Assembly (NCBI GenBank): GCA_051313645.2
Contig: JBNRSN020000012.1
Location: 68,696,001 to 68,760,000, forward strand
Direction: 5' to 3'
Length of the DNA: 64,000 nt
DNA from: Centroscyllium fabricii
Taxonomy: Eukaryota
Shown here: positions 12,909-25,030 of the stretch, piece after piece
How the letters are laid out: every line of letters begins with the position of its first letter
Numbering within the stretch: the first letter of the stretch is position 1
Notes under the pieces: generated by a model
Told to the model about the DNA's origin: nothing
Database searches by the model: none
Seen by the model: the letters and a program-made list of their open reading frames with translations, nothing else
Translations under genes and position numbers: made by a program

Positions 12909-13070
12909 ATGGCAGGAGAATCAAAACCCACAAGTAACCCCTTGGAACAGTTCATTTTGTTGTCTAGAAATGCCAAAGGTCCAGCATTAACTACCCTTAT
13001 TAGCCAAGTATTAGAGGCTCCAGGAGTTTTTGTTTTTGGTGAACTTCTGGAAACACCTAATATACAGGAG
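12909..13070 (+). CDS. COPS7B: COP9 signalosome subunit 7B, coding exon 1 (162 nt)
   Basis: [54 protein letters not shown] matches the CSN7 N-terminus; acceptor TTTTACAG ends at 12891; donor GTAAGA at 13071. Confidence 0.96.
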
Positions 13071-13496
13071 GTAAGAAGGAATGCAGAATAGAAAAATATA
13101 TTTTCATTTTTTTAATTTCTCCCTATTGCCTTGAGTGTTTACCAAACATAAAATGCAGAAAACATAAGTAATTTTAAAGAGGCTTCTCTCCAGAGTTTTG
13201 GGATGGTACTATTTGCTAACTAATTTGAAATGTTAAACATTTTACTATGTAAAATGAGCATAAATAAACATAAAGGTACACTGAATAATGTGAGCTTGGT
13301 TTTGTGATTTTCCTGACAGAATAATATTTGAAATTTTTGCTTGTTAAGTGGTCAACTCCACTTCCTTTGCTGACTTAGTGGGGAAATGCCCTGAATGACG
13401 GTCTTAAATTCAATCCCTTGGCTGTGCAACAATACCTAATCACAATGAGACACTATAATTGGCTTCAGCAATCCTAGGCCAAAAGAGACTAGCGAA

Positions 13497-13900
13497 CCTG
13501 GGATTGTTCTCTTCAGAGTAGAGAAGGGTAAGGGCAGATTTAATAGAGATGTTCAAAATTATGAGGGGTTTTGATAGAGTAAATAGGGAGAAACTTTCCA
13601 CTGGCAGGAGGGTCAGTAACCAGAGGATGCAGATTTAAAGTAATTTGCAAAAGAACCATTTGGGAGATGAGAATTTTTTTTTATTCGATGAGTTATGATC
13701 TGGATTGTATTGCCTGAAAGGGTAGTGGAAGCAAATTCAACAGTAACTTTCAAAAGGGAATTGGATAAATACTTGAAGGTATAAAATTTGGAGGGCTATG
13801 GGGAAAGAGGAGGGGAGTGGGATGAATTGGATAGCACTTTCAAAGTGCCAGCAGAGGTTCGATGAGCCAAATGGCTTTCTTCTGTGCTGTATGATTCTAG
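13497..13900 (+). mobile_element. CR1 LINE 3' end
   Basis: Same family as the 6130-6545 fragment; ends in TGTATGATTCTA. Confidence 0.8.
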
Positions 13901-14038
13901 AGGACAAATCGGACAGGATTGTTGCCCCTGATAGTTTTCCTGTGAAAAATATAATACTTGTACATGGATGTTCAGTGTCAGCAGAATTGGGCTTGCTTCT
14001 GATGCCCAAAGGATGGAATAGCTTGCTAACATTCACTA

Positions 14039-14424
14039 CAGGAAACTCTCGATTTACCAGCACCTAAGTAACCGGAAATCTCTGTTAACCGGCAAAATTC
14101 AGGAGTAGGTTCAGCTAAGTTTTACTTCATATTAGTGGTCGTTCTTGCATGTGTGGCTGTGTAATCAGGGTTCCTGCACCTGTTGCTAAGCAACAGGGAA
14201 GCCTGGATTTCTGGCCGTGGTTCTTATACCTGTTGCTAAGCAACAGGGAAGCCTGAATTTGTTGCTGTGGTTCTTGCACCTGTTGCTAAGCAACAGGGAA
14301 GCCTGGATTTGTTGCCGTGTACGGGGCTCTCGTACCTTTTAACTATACCTCTCTGTAATCGGGACTTTTTGATAAACCGGCACCACGCCAGTCCTATCGG
14401 TGCTGGATAAAAAAGGGTTTCCTG
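14039..14424. mobile_element. Tc1/mariner-pogo (Tigger-like) MITE with an internal 50-bp x3 repeat
   Basis: TA at both flanks; imperfect TIRs CAGGAAACTCTCGATTTACCAGCACC / GGTGCTGGATAAAAAAGGGTTTCCTG; TGTTGCTAAGCAACAGGG recurs at 14181, 14231 and 14281. Confidence 0.85.
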
Positions 14425-14437
14425 TACCTAGACTCAC

Positions 14438-15080
14438 GGAGAGAAATTGGTCCCCATCGCGCCTGATTTCTGGTTGAAAAATAGGAGTTGGAGGACCAGT
14501 TTCCAGTTATGATCTCCCACACCCGATCAACCCTGGAAGTGTACTGGCTACCAATTAATATTCCGCATGCCCAGGGTACCAGCCTAAAATGGGTTTTGGG
14601 CCCTTTGAATAATCTAATCAGGACCTTAATGTCTGTTTTAAGACCCAATGCCAAGTTCGGCAAAATCAGCACAGATCTACAGAAGCCAAAACAGACATCC
14701 TTAAAGGGACTGCTGGAGGCTGCCAAATAATGTTTTTGTTTTGTTACTTACCTTTAATGTGGTGCCAGGAGGAGCAGGAGTGCTCCTCCGGGATCCACCG
14801 CAATATTACAATGTACTGTTGGCCTGTGCTCCCCCGCCTACTTCTCGCCCGCCCCCCATCCCGGAATTACCTGCTGCACATTGGAGCCAGTCGAATTTTC
14901 TGGGGCCTCACCTGGCGAGCTGCATCAGGATGCCCAATTAGCATCTGCAGCTTGCCAGTATTATGTAGATGAGGCCCACGGTCCAATTTCAAGTGAATCT
15001 TGAGCTTTCAACTTTGGGTGCACACTGCTGTGTGCCACCCATGTTGTGCCAGTTTCTGGCACAAGACCAATTTCCTGTCC
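14438..15080. mobile_element. Probable non-autonomous Harbinger-like DNA element (degraded)
   Basis: GAAATTGGTC near the start and GACCAATTTC near the end; GC-rich interior; no clear TSD. Confidence 0.5.
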
Positions 15081-16410
15081 AAAGAGAAGGACTGGCCATT
15101 TGGGTGAGGTACTAAAGGACTGCCAGCACTCGGGAAATGTATAGCTGTATAACGTAATCCCCTCAGGAAAGCAAAGGAGAAAATGGGGCAGAGAGAACAA
15201 ACCTGTCAGCTGCCATGGGAAAGGGTTCAAACTTCTTGGTCTCCATGCAGGATGTTTCTGTGCAGTGTAGACTTAAAAGATGAGAGAAAATAAAGAGAAG
15301 CTATGTTCTTAAGAGAAACAGATTGCACATCACACCAGGTCTGGACTGTGATTTGGAACAAGTGGAGAAGAATCCCGAGTGGGAAATTTGATAATGAAGC
15401 CTGCCAGAGGAAATCGAAGAAAACACAATGGGAGTGAAGCAGAGACAAAAAGATCAGAAAGACACATATGAACAATAAAAAGTCTTAATGCTGCATCAGA
15501 CTAGAGATTGTGATTGGACAGAGGGAGTAATCGCGGCAGAAAGGAATACATTTATTAATTCGGCAGCGTGTATTGATATAAATTAGATAAAAAGGGGACA
15601 GGGGACAAAGGTTACAAAAAAGAAACCAAGCTAAGAAAGGAGCAGAGATTGTGAGAAAGCAAGTCTGAATGATTCTGTATTTCCTTCTAATGGTGGGAAC
15701 TGTACTAAATATTTGGCCCTGTCCTACATATTTGAATGATCACTAAAACACACAAGTCCATTATAGACTTTCAAGTATGGTAGTTCTAATTTTTCAGTTT
15801 TTAAAAAACATCCTCTTCATGTGGTGATGAAGATGATTTTCTTTTTAAAAACCGAGTAAACATAAAACGAATGGAAGCAGTTATCTCCTATTTGGGCAAT
15901 ATCTCTATGAAACATTGTGTGGTAGGGGTACTGTGCATGAGATGCTGTGTCACTGAACAAGAGGAAACATTTTAATTCCTTACCTTGACTTGCATTCACA
16001 CAAATGCATTCACACAAATGCTTCTATCAGATGGCAAAGTTCAGATGCTGGCCAGACTGTCTGGTGCAGCATCAAGCGGATAGGAGTAACACATCCGGTT
16101 ACATTTGAGCACCCTCTGATTATAGAGCATCAGCTACAGAGGCCATGAAGATGTCAGTTGTGCATCTGACCTTTAGTTGTTTCCATGTGTCGGCAAATGT
16201 ACAGAACAAGCGAGCTGGATTTCGTCCTGACTTATTGCACCTCATCCTCCGTCTTTCTCTCTCACTAATAACATTTTTATGTAATTAATTGCTTCCCTAA
16301 ATATACAATTTAATTTGAACCCATTGGCCTTACTTTTTTATTTGTTCATGGGATGTGGGCGGCACTGGCAAGGCCAGCATTTATTGCCCAACCCTAATTG
16401 CCCTTGAGAA

Positions 16411-18203
16411 ATGCAAGAAGTCACACAACACCAGATTATAGTCCAACGGTTTTATTTTAAATCACAAGCTTTCGGAGCGTCTGCCCCTTCGTCAGGTGGA
16501 CAGAGAGAGACTGACTTAAAGATCACATATCGGAGGAAGGGAGAAATCCGATCTCTTCCACATCTCACCCTAGAGACAGAGAGCACACAAAGGCATATTA
16601 ACATATTTTAACACCTCAGTCTGCGAGCAATGAGGCATAGTCGCAAGGGGGGTCAAATGCTGCAAAACACACAGAATGATTTAAAAAAAGGGAATTTCCT
16701 TACAAGACAAAAATGTCCCTAGTCCGGATGACTCTACGTCAGGCGGGACATCAAAGCAGTCCAAGATTTTCCAACATATCAAAAGGGTGCAGTCACAGGG
16801 TCAAATGTTAGTCTGCTGTAAATCCCACAGAATGATTTTTTTTATAAAAACCATGATTTTTCTTACTTAAAATCGCAGAACAAGCCGAAGATGGTTCGAG
16901 TCTGGATGACTCTACGTCAGGCGGGGTCACATGTAGCGTGACATAAACCCAATATCACGGTTGAGGCCGTGCTCATGGGTGCGGAACTTGGCAATCAGCC
17001 TCTGCTCGACGATTTTGCGTTGTGTATCTCGAAGGCCACCCTGGAGAATGCTCACCCGAAGATCGGAAGCTGAATGTCCTTGACCGCTGAAATGTTCCCC
17101 GACTGGGAGGGAACACTCCTGCCTGGCGATTGTTGCGCGGTGCCCGTTCATCCGTTGTCGTAGTGTCTGCATGGTCTCGCCGATGTATCCTTTCCTGCAA
17201 TGTATGAGGTAGACAACATTGGTCGAGTTACATGAGTATGTACCATGTACCTGGTGTGTTGTGTCCTCACGTGTGATGATGGTATCTGTGCTGATGATTT
17301 GGCACGTTTTGCAGAGGTTGCTGTGGCAGGGTTGTGTGGTGTCGTGGTTGCTGTTCTCCTGAAGGCTGGGTAATTTGCTGCGAACTATAGTCTGTTTGAG
17401 GTTAGGCGGCTGTTTGAAGGCGAGTAGTGGAGGCGCTGGGATGGCCTTAGCGAGGTGTTCGTCATCATCAATGACATGCTGAAGGCTGCGAAGAACATGG
17501 CGTAGTTTCTCCGCTCTGGGGAAGTACTGGACGACAAAGGGTACTCTGTTGGTTGTGTCCCGTGGTTGTCTTCTGAGGAGGTCTACGCGATTTTTCGTTG
17601 TGGCCCGTCGGAACTGTCGATCGATGAGTCGAGTGTCATACCCCGTTCTTACGAGGGCGTCTTTCAGTGTCTGTAGGAGTCCGTCGCGTTCCTCCTCATC
17701 TGAGCAGATCCTGTGTATTCGCAGGGCTTGTCCATAGGCGATGGCTTCTTTAACGTGGTTCGGGTGGAAGCTGGAGTAGTGGAGCATCCTGAGGTTGTCC
17801 GTGGGTTTGCGGTAGAGGGAAATGCTGAGGCGTCCGTTTTTGATGGAGATTCGTGTGTCCAAGAATGAAACCGATTCTGAGGAGTAGTCCATGGTGAGTT
17901 TGATGGTGGGATGGAACTTGTTTATGTTATCGTGTAGTCTTTTCAGTGATTCTTCACCGTGGGTCCACAGGAGGAAAATGTCGTCGATGTATCTGGTGTA
18001 TAGCGTTGGTTGGAGGTACTGTGTAGCGAAGAAGTCTTGCTCGAACTTGTGCATGAAGATGTTGGCGTACTGGGGTGCGAATTTGGTCCCCATGGCTGTT
18101 CCGTGTGTTTGGGTTAAAAAATTGTTGTCGAAGGTGAAAACATTGTGGTCAAGGATGAAGCGGATGAGTTGTAGGATGATGTCTGGAGATTGGCTGTTGT
18201 TGG
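16411..18203 (-). mobile_element. Penelope-like retroelement, left arm (5'-truncated RT + GIY-YIG + 3' UTR)
   Basis: ORF 16927-18093: GTAMGTKFAP, RYIDDIF, FLD, YRKPT, NVVY...YIGET, GEHF, GLNRD; inverted copy of 18398-20190. Confidence 0.95.
16463..16498 (-). ncRNA. Minimal hammerhead ribozyme motif, inverted copy
   Basis: Exact reverse complement of 20104-20139. Confidence 0.78.
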
Positions 18204-20228
18204 CATCGAGGGCATCCTGAAACCCATCGTACAGAGAACCCCAAGCTTTTGTCGTGACACTACAGACTTCTTACAAAAACTCAGCACCCACGGACCAGTT
18301 GAACCAGGAACACTCCTTGCCACGATGGACGTCTCGGCACTCTACACCAGTATCCCCCACGATGACGGCATCACTGCGACAGCTTCAGTACTCAACACCA
18401 ACAACAGCCAATCTCCAGACATCATCCTACAACTCATCCGCTTCATCCTTGACCACAATGTTTTCACCTTCGACAACAATTTTTTTACCCAAACACACGG
18501 AACAGCCATGGGGACCAAATTCGCACCCCAGTACGCCAACATCTTCATGCACAAGTTTGAGCAAGACTTCTTCGCTACACAGTACCTCCAACCAACGCTA
18601 TACACCAGATACATCGACGACATTTTCCTCCTGTGGACCCACGGTGAAGAATCACTGAAAAGACTACACGATAACATAAACAAGTTCCATCCCACCATCA
18701 AAGTCACCATGGACTACTCCTCAGAATCGGTTTCATTCTTGGACACACGAATCTCCATCAAAAACGGACGCCTCAGCACTTCCCTCTACCGCAAACCCAC
18801 GGACAACCTCAGGATGCTCCACTACTCCAGCTTCCACCCGAACCACGTTAAAGAAGCCATCCCCTATGGAGAAGCCCTGCGAATACACAGGATCTGCTCA
18901 GATGAGGAGGAACGCGACGGACACCTACAGACACTGAAAGATGCCCTCGTAAGAACGGGGTATGACACTCGACTCATCGATCGACAGTTCCGACGGGCCA
19001 CAACGAAAAATCGCGTAGACCTCCTCAGAAGACAACCACGGGACACAACCAACAGAGTACCCTTTGTCGTCCAGTACTTCCCCGGAGCGGAGAAACTACG
19101 CCATGTTCTTCGCAGCCTTCAGCATGTCATTGATGATGACGAACACCTCGCTAAGGCCATTCCCGCGCCTCCACTACTCGCCTTCAAACAGCCGCCTAAC
19201 CTCAAACAGACTATAGTTCGCAGCAAATTACCCAGCCTTCAGGAGAACAGCAACCACGACACCACACAACCCTGCCACAGCAACCTCTGCAAAACGTGCC
19301 AAATCATCAGCACAGATACCATCATCACACATGACACAACACACCAGGTACATGGTACATACTCATGTAACTCGACCAATGTTGTCTACTTCATACATTG
19401 CAGGAAAGGATACATCGGCGAGACCATGCAGACACTACGACAACGGATGAACGGGCACCGCGCAACAATTGCCAGGCAGGAGTGTTCCCTCCCAGTCGGG
19501 GAACATTTCAGCGGTCAAGGACATTCAGCTTCCGATCTTCGGGTGAGCATTCTCCAGGGTGGCCTTCGAGATACACGACAACGCAAAATCGTCGAGCAGA
19601 GGCTGATTGCCAAGTTCCGCACCCATGAGCACGGCCTCAACCGTGATATTGGGTTTATGTCACGCTCCATGTGACCCCGCCTGACGTAGAGTCATCCAGA
19701 CTCGAACCATCTTCGGCTTGTTTTGCGATTTTAAGTAAGAAAAATCATGGTTTTAAAAAAAAAAATCATTCTGTGGGATTTACAGCAGACTAACATTTGA
19801 CCCTGTGACTGCACGCTTTTGATATGTTGGAAAATCTTGGACTGCTTTGATGTCCCGCCTGACGTAGAGTCATCCGGACTAGGGACATTTTTGTCTTGTA
19901 AGGAAATTCCCTTTTTTTAAATCATTCTGTGTGTTTTGCAGCATTTGACCCCCCCTTGCGACTGTGCCTCATTGCTCGCAGACTGAGGTGTTAAAATATG
20001 TTAATATGCCTTTGTGTGCTCTCTGTCTCTAGGGTGAGATGTGGAAGAGATCGGATTTCTCCCTTCCTCCGATATGTGATCTTTAAGTCAGTCTCTCTCT
20101 GTCCACCTGACGAAGGGGCAGACGCTCCGAAAGCTTGTGATTTAAAATAAAACAGTTGGACTATAATCTGGTGTTGTGTGACTTCTTGCATTTGTCCACC
20201 CCAGTCCAACACCGGCACCTCCACATTA
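18204..20228 (+). mobile_element. Penelope-like retroelement, right arm (5'-truncated RT + GIY-YIG + 3' UTR)
   Basis: Open frame to 19674 with MDVSALYTSIP, GTAMG, RYIDD and GIY-YIG motifs. The whole 16411-20228 block is bounded by TGCCCTTGAGAA at 16399-16410 and 20229-20240. Confidence 0.95.
20104..20139 (+). ncRNA. Minimal type I hammerhead ribozyme motif (Penelope-associated)
   Basis: CAC-CUGACGA-A-GGGGC-AGAC-GCUCC-GAAA-GC-UU-GUG: core boxes intact, 5-bp stem II, palindromic AAGCUU in place of stem III, CAC/GUG stem I. Confidence 0.78.
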
Positions 20229-20903
20229 TGCCCTTGAGAAGGTGGTGGTGAGCCACCGCCTTAAACCGCTGCAGGCTGTGGTGAAGATACTCCCACAGTG
20301 CTGTTAGGGAGGCAGTTCCAGGATTTTGACCCAGCGACCATGAAGGATTAGCGATATACTTCCAAGTCAGGATGGTGTGTGACTTGGAGGGGAACTTGAA
20401 GTTGGTGGTGTTCCCATGCGCCTGCTGCCCTTGTCCTTCCAGATGGTAGAGGTCGCGGGTTTGGGAGGTGCTGCCAAAGAAACTGTGGCGAGTTGCTGCA
20501 GCGCATCTTGTAGATCCAGGGCTGTCAGCCTCCTGAACTCTAAAAAGAAACTCCGGCACCTGCATGCCTGATAATGTACTTTACTGTATGCAATTTGCAT
20601 GTTATTTATTTATTTTATTTGCACTACTCTCGGGAGAGTCGAGTCTTCGTCTCGTTGTATTGTACTAGTACTCTGCAATGACAATAAAACTTGAATTGAA
20701 TTGAAGATGGTATACAGCCTTGGTCCAAACATGGACAAAAGAGCTAAATTCCCCACCCAGAGTACATTCTGTGCCCTTGCTACTCTCAGTGCTTCTTCCA
20801 AGTGGTGATCAACATGGAGGAGTACTGATTCATCAGCTGAGGAAGGGCTGTAGGTGGTAATCAGCAGGAGGTTTCCTTGCCCATGCTTGACCTGAAGCCA
20901 TGA
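20229..20903 (-). mobile_element. Pieces of a CR1-group LINE (host of the Penelope and Rex insertions), with a Rex-type 3' tail on + at ~20520-20705
   Basis: 20229-20515 continues 16340-16410 and matches 46520-46875; 20750-20903 matches the APE region at 49175-49325 and resumes at 22687; tail AATAAAACTTGAATTGAATTGAA. Confidence 0.75.
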
Positions 20904-22686
20904 TTCAATTCAATTCAATTTTATTGTGATTGCACAGTCTATATTCACAGTGCAACGAAAAGTGAGCTCGCAAGCTCCCAGGACATGACGTAACAGACAT
21001 TACGTTATAAAGTATACAGAGTTATGGATAAATAATAATAAATAAATAGATAAATGAATAAAGAGTGCAAATAGCATTTCAAAGAGTAGCTGGGGAGCAA
21101 ATGGGCTGTTAATGCAGAAAGTGCGGGTGGAGGTGCCGATGGTAGACAGATTTGGTGTTGAGTGATAGAGTTCAGCCGGATAACAGCCCTAGGGAAGAAG
21201 CTGTTCCTGAGCCTGGTCGTCCGGGCTCGAATGCATTTGTAGCGCTTCCTAGATGGCAGGGGGGCAAATAGTCTGTGGGTGGGGTTTCTGGTGATGCTGA
21301 GAGATTTCCACAGGCAACGTTTCTCATAGATGTCTTGAATAGCAGGTAGCTGGGTGCCGGTGATGTATTGGGCAGTTTTGACCACTCGCTGCAAGGCTTT
21401 CCTGTCGGAGGTGGAGCAGCTGCCATACCACACCGTGATGCAGTTCATCAGGATGCTTTCTATTGTGCAGCGGTAGCAGTTGGAGAGAAGCTGGGAGGAT
21501 AAGTTAACTTTCTTCAGCCTCTGCAGGAGGTTTTTATTTTTTAAAAATTTTTATTCATTGATAGGATGTTGGCGTCACTAGCTGGCTAGGCCTGCATTTT
21601 AGTGCCCATCCCTAATTGCCCTTGAGAAGATGGTGGTGAGTCGCCTTCTTGAACCGCTGCAGTCTTATTGTTTTTCGTAGCGGTTGTTTACAACTGAGTG
21701 GCTTGCTAGGCCATTTCAGAGGGCATTAAGAGTCAACCACATTGCTGTGGGTCTGGAGTGACATGTAGGCCAGACCAGGTAAGGACGGCAGATTTCCTTC
21801 CCTAAAGGACATTAGTGAACCAGATGGGTTTTTGCAACAATTGACAATGGTATTGTCACCATTACTAAGACTAACATTTAATTTCAGAATTAAATTGAAT
21901 TGAAATTAAATTCCACCAGCTGCCGTGGTGGTATAGGCGCTGCTGAGCTTTCTTCACCAAGGAGGATGAGTTGAGGGCCCATGAGAAGTCTTCCGTGATG
22001 TGGACGCCCAGGAACTTGAAGCTGCAGACCCTTTCCACCTCAGCCCCATTGATGTAGATCAGGGTGTGTCTGATGTCTCTGGACTTCCTGAAGTCTGCAA
22101 TGAGCTCCTTGGTCGTCTTGGTGTTGAGGGACAGGTTGTTGTCAGCGCTCCACGCCACAAGGTGTTGGACCTCTTCTCTATAGGCTGATTCGTCATTGTT
22201 GGTGATCAGTCCTACCACTGTAGTATCGTCCGCGAACTTGATGATGGTATTGGAGTCGTGGACAGGCACACAATCATGGGTGAAGAGGGAGTAGAGGACA
22301 GGGCTCAACACGCATCCTTGTGGAGCCCCGGTGCTCAGGGTTAGGGTGGTGGAGGTGAGGTTACCTAACCTAACAGACTGGGGTCTGTTCGTCAGGAAGT
22401 CCAGGGTCCATTTGCAGAGGGAGGTGTTAAGGCCTAGGATGTGAAGTTTGGTTGCAAGCTTGGTCGGGCTGATGCTATTGAATGCTGAGCTGTAATCGAT
22501 GAACAGCATTCTGACGTAGGTGTCTTTGCTTTCCAAGTGGGTCAGAGCGGAGTGAAGAGCAGATGAAATGGTGTCTTCCATTGACCTATTTGTGCGGTAG
22601 GCAAACTGGTGTTGATCTAGGGTGCCGGGCACGCTGGCTTTTATGTGAGCCAGGACCAGTCTCTCGAAGCACTTCATTATAATGGG
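20904..22686 (-). mobile_element. Rex1/Babar-type LINE RT 3' half, interrupted by an insert at ~21530-21930
   Basis: [73 protein letters not shown]; (ATTGA)n tail at 20904-20920. Confidence 0.88.
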
Positions 22687-24390
22687 GTCCAGAGTCAATG
22701 TTGAGGACTCCCAGGGCCACTCCTTTCCGACTGTATGCCACTGTGCCGCCATCCCTGGTAAATACATACATATATTGGAAGACATAAACAACAGAGAAAG
22801 TAACTAAAATATATATGAAGGGGGATACAAAAATGTATTTCTCTTTTTAATAAACTGGGATTGCAAAGAAGTGTGCAAATCATCAAACTGAGCCCAGATG
22901 GACTGGCTCCATGTTACTTTGATGTACCCTAATTGGTAATTTAAGGTCTGAACTTCTGCACAGTTTACTTTCTTTTGGAAGACATTGTGAAGACAACATA
23001 AAAAGGTAAGACTTCAGAAATTAATGGGCACAGTTGTTACTGCTGACTTGACACATTAAATGCATAAAATAGAAAAATATGGAAGTATAAAACAGAAAAT
23101 GTTATAAGCTGAGCAGAGAACAAGAATGAAAACAGTAAGAATAAATATTACATTGACAATAGATATTCAAGTGCAGGATTGCAGAAAGAAAACAAATTAC
23201 TAACTGAAGAAATTAGAGGAATAAGGTGTTAAAATAGAAGGTTGTACCTGTAGTATAGTATGCTGATTTTAAATTGCAAAATAGTTTGAAAACACTCGAA
23301 TTTGTTTTAAAACTATATTTGTGATTTTTGTTTTTTACTTACTAAACTATATCCAGCTATACTGTTCAGGATGCTTTTTTGACACATCGAGTTTTTCAAT
23401 AATGAACCAAGGAGGTGCTGAGACATTTTTAAACAAGAGATATAGGTACAGGTATTTAGTATTCATAGTAAAATGCTGCAATAAAATCTAGTGCAGGAGA
23501 TGCCCTTTAATTACCCAAATTACAATGTGGTGTGTGCACTGATATGACCAGTAAGCATTAAAAAAAATTACAAATGTTTTTGTTCAATTTTGTTAGTAAT
23601 TGCGGTTCCTGATGAGATCCAGTGGGAGTCCAGTAGACTTCTGTGTTTGGTGTTGATAAGTCAAAGTGACTGAGGCAAGGCAATTAGTGCAATCGTGGTC
23701 ATCCCCTGAATCTTTAGTATGCTTTGTAAATATGAGTATACTTACTTGTTATTAATGATAACTAAGCAAAATATCAATATTGTACTAATTTTTATTGGTA
23801 AATTGTCTACCTTGAAACCGTTCTATAGTGTGCAATTTGAATATTAATCATCCATTCAATAGTTGGGTATATGACTAGATCTAACACTGATATAGTAGCA
23901 TGTTGTGCACCAAAATAAACGCAGCTTATTTTCAGTGTATTCTAAGGTATTGTGTATGAGAAAATGTTACAATTTCCATCACATTTGTGATTTTCTAGAA
24001 TCAAAAGTAATTTTGAAATTCTTGCGTTTGTAAAAGCTTTCTGCATTTTAAAAACTAGATGTGTTTTTCCAGTAATATAAGGGCTAAAAAAATTAATTTC
24101 CAAGCAAGGTTTGCCAGTCGTTTTTTTGCCAGTCGTTTTTCTCTGTACTGCTTTGAAATTGGGGTTGAGAAACTTTTATATAAAAGCAGAAATTATTTAC
24201 TTTATTGATTATTTCAGCATGCTATTAAGGAGTTCGTTTATAAATTTGGAACTTTTAATTTCTTTCCCTTATCCAATAAATTTGTACTTTGCATCAGTTG
24301 AGTTTGAAACCTGTTTCCACCAGCCTTTTAATTGTATACCTATTACTTTAAAAGTATAAATGTCAGTAATCTTTGAGTCTTTCTCCCCAG

Positions 24391-24466
24391 CTGGCTAATG
24401 GATCACATGCTGCCTACTTTCAATTATTGAACCTATTTGCATATGGAACATATCCTGACTATTTAG
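24391..24466 (+). CDS. COPS7B: COPS7B coding exon 2 (76 nt)
   Basis: [25 protein letters not shown]; acceptor TTCTCCCCAG; donor GTAAGG at 24467; phase 0 in, phase 1 out. Confidence 0.95.
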
Positions 24467-25030
24467 GTAAGGAAGTGGTATTTATTCTGACGGTTCTACT
24501 ATCTATTGCTACAAAATGATAGAATCATTAAAATTGCACTGCAAAAGGAGGTAAATTGTCCTATCAAATATGTGCCAGTGCTGGCTCTTCATCTGGAGCT
24601 ATCTACTCCGATCCCATTTCCTTGCCCTTTCTTTGTATGCTTTTTGAAATGCTTATCCATTCCATCTTAAATATCTCATAGTCTCTACTTCAGTAGCCAC
24701 TTGTGGGCATGCATGTTCGAATTCTATATTCTAGTAACCCTCTGTATGGGGAAAAAATATCATCTAATTTCATCATTCCAGTGATAATGTGAAGTTTTTG
24801 CACCTTGTTACTAATTCACTAACTAGTGGAGATAATCTGTCACCCTCTCAAAACCATTCATAATTTGTTTAACTGATTGGTTCTCCTCCCCGCTACCCAC
24901 CTTAATTCTCTCTGGTTCAGTAAAATAAAAGCCCCAATCTTTTGGGCTTTCTTCATAATTCTAACTTCTCATTCCTGGTATTGTTCAAGTGAATCTTTGT
25001 ACCCTTTTCATGGCAATAATATCCTTCGTA

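Noticed and set aside
18190-19674. Intact autonomous Penelope ORF or domesticated RT gene
   Set aside because: The called start lies in the inverted arm at the junction; the element is 5'-truncated and lacks the N-terminal part.
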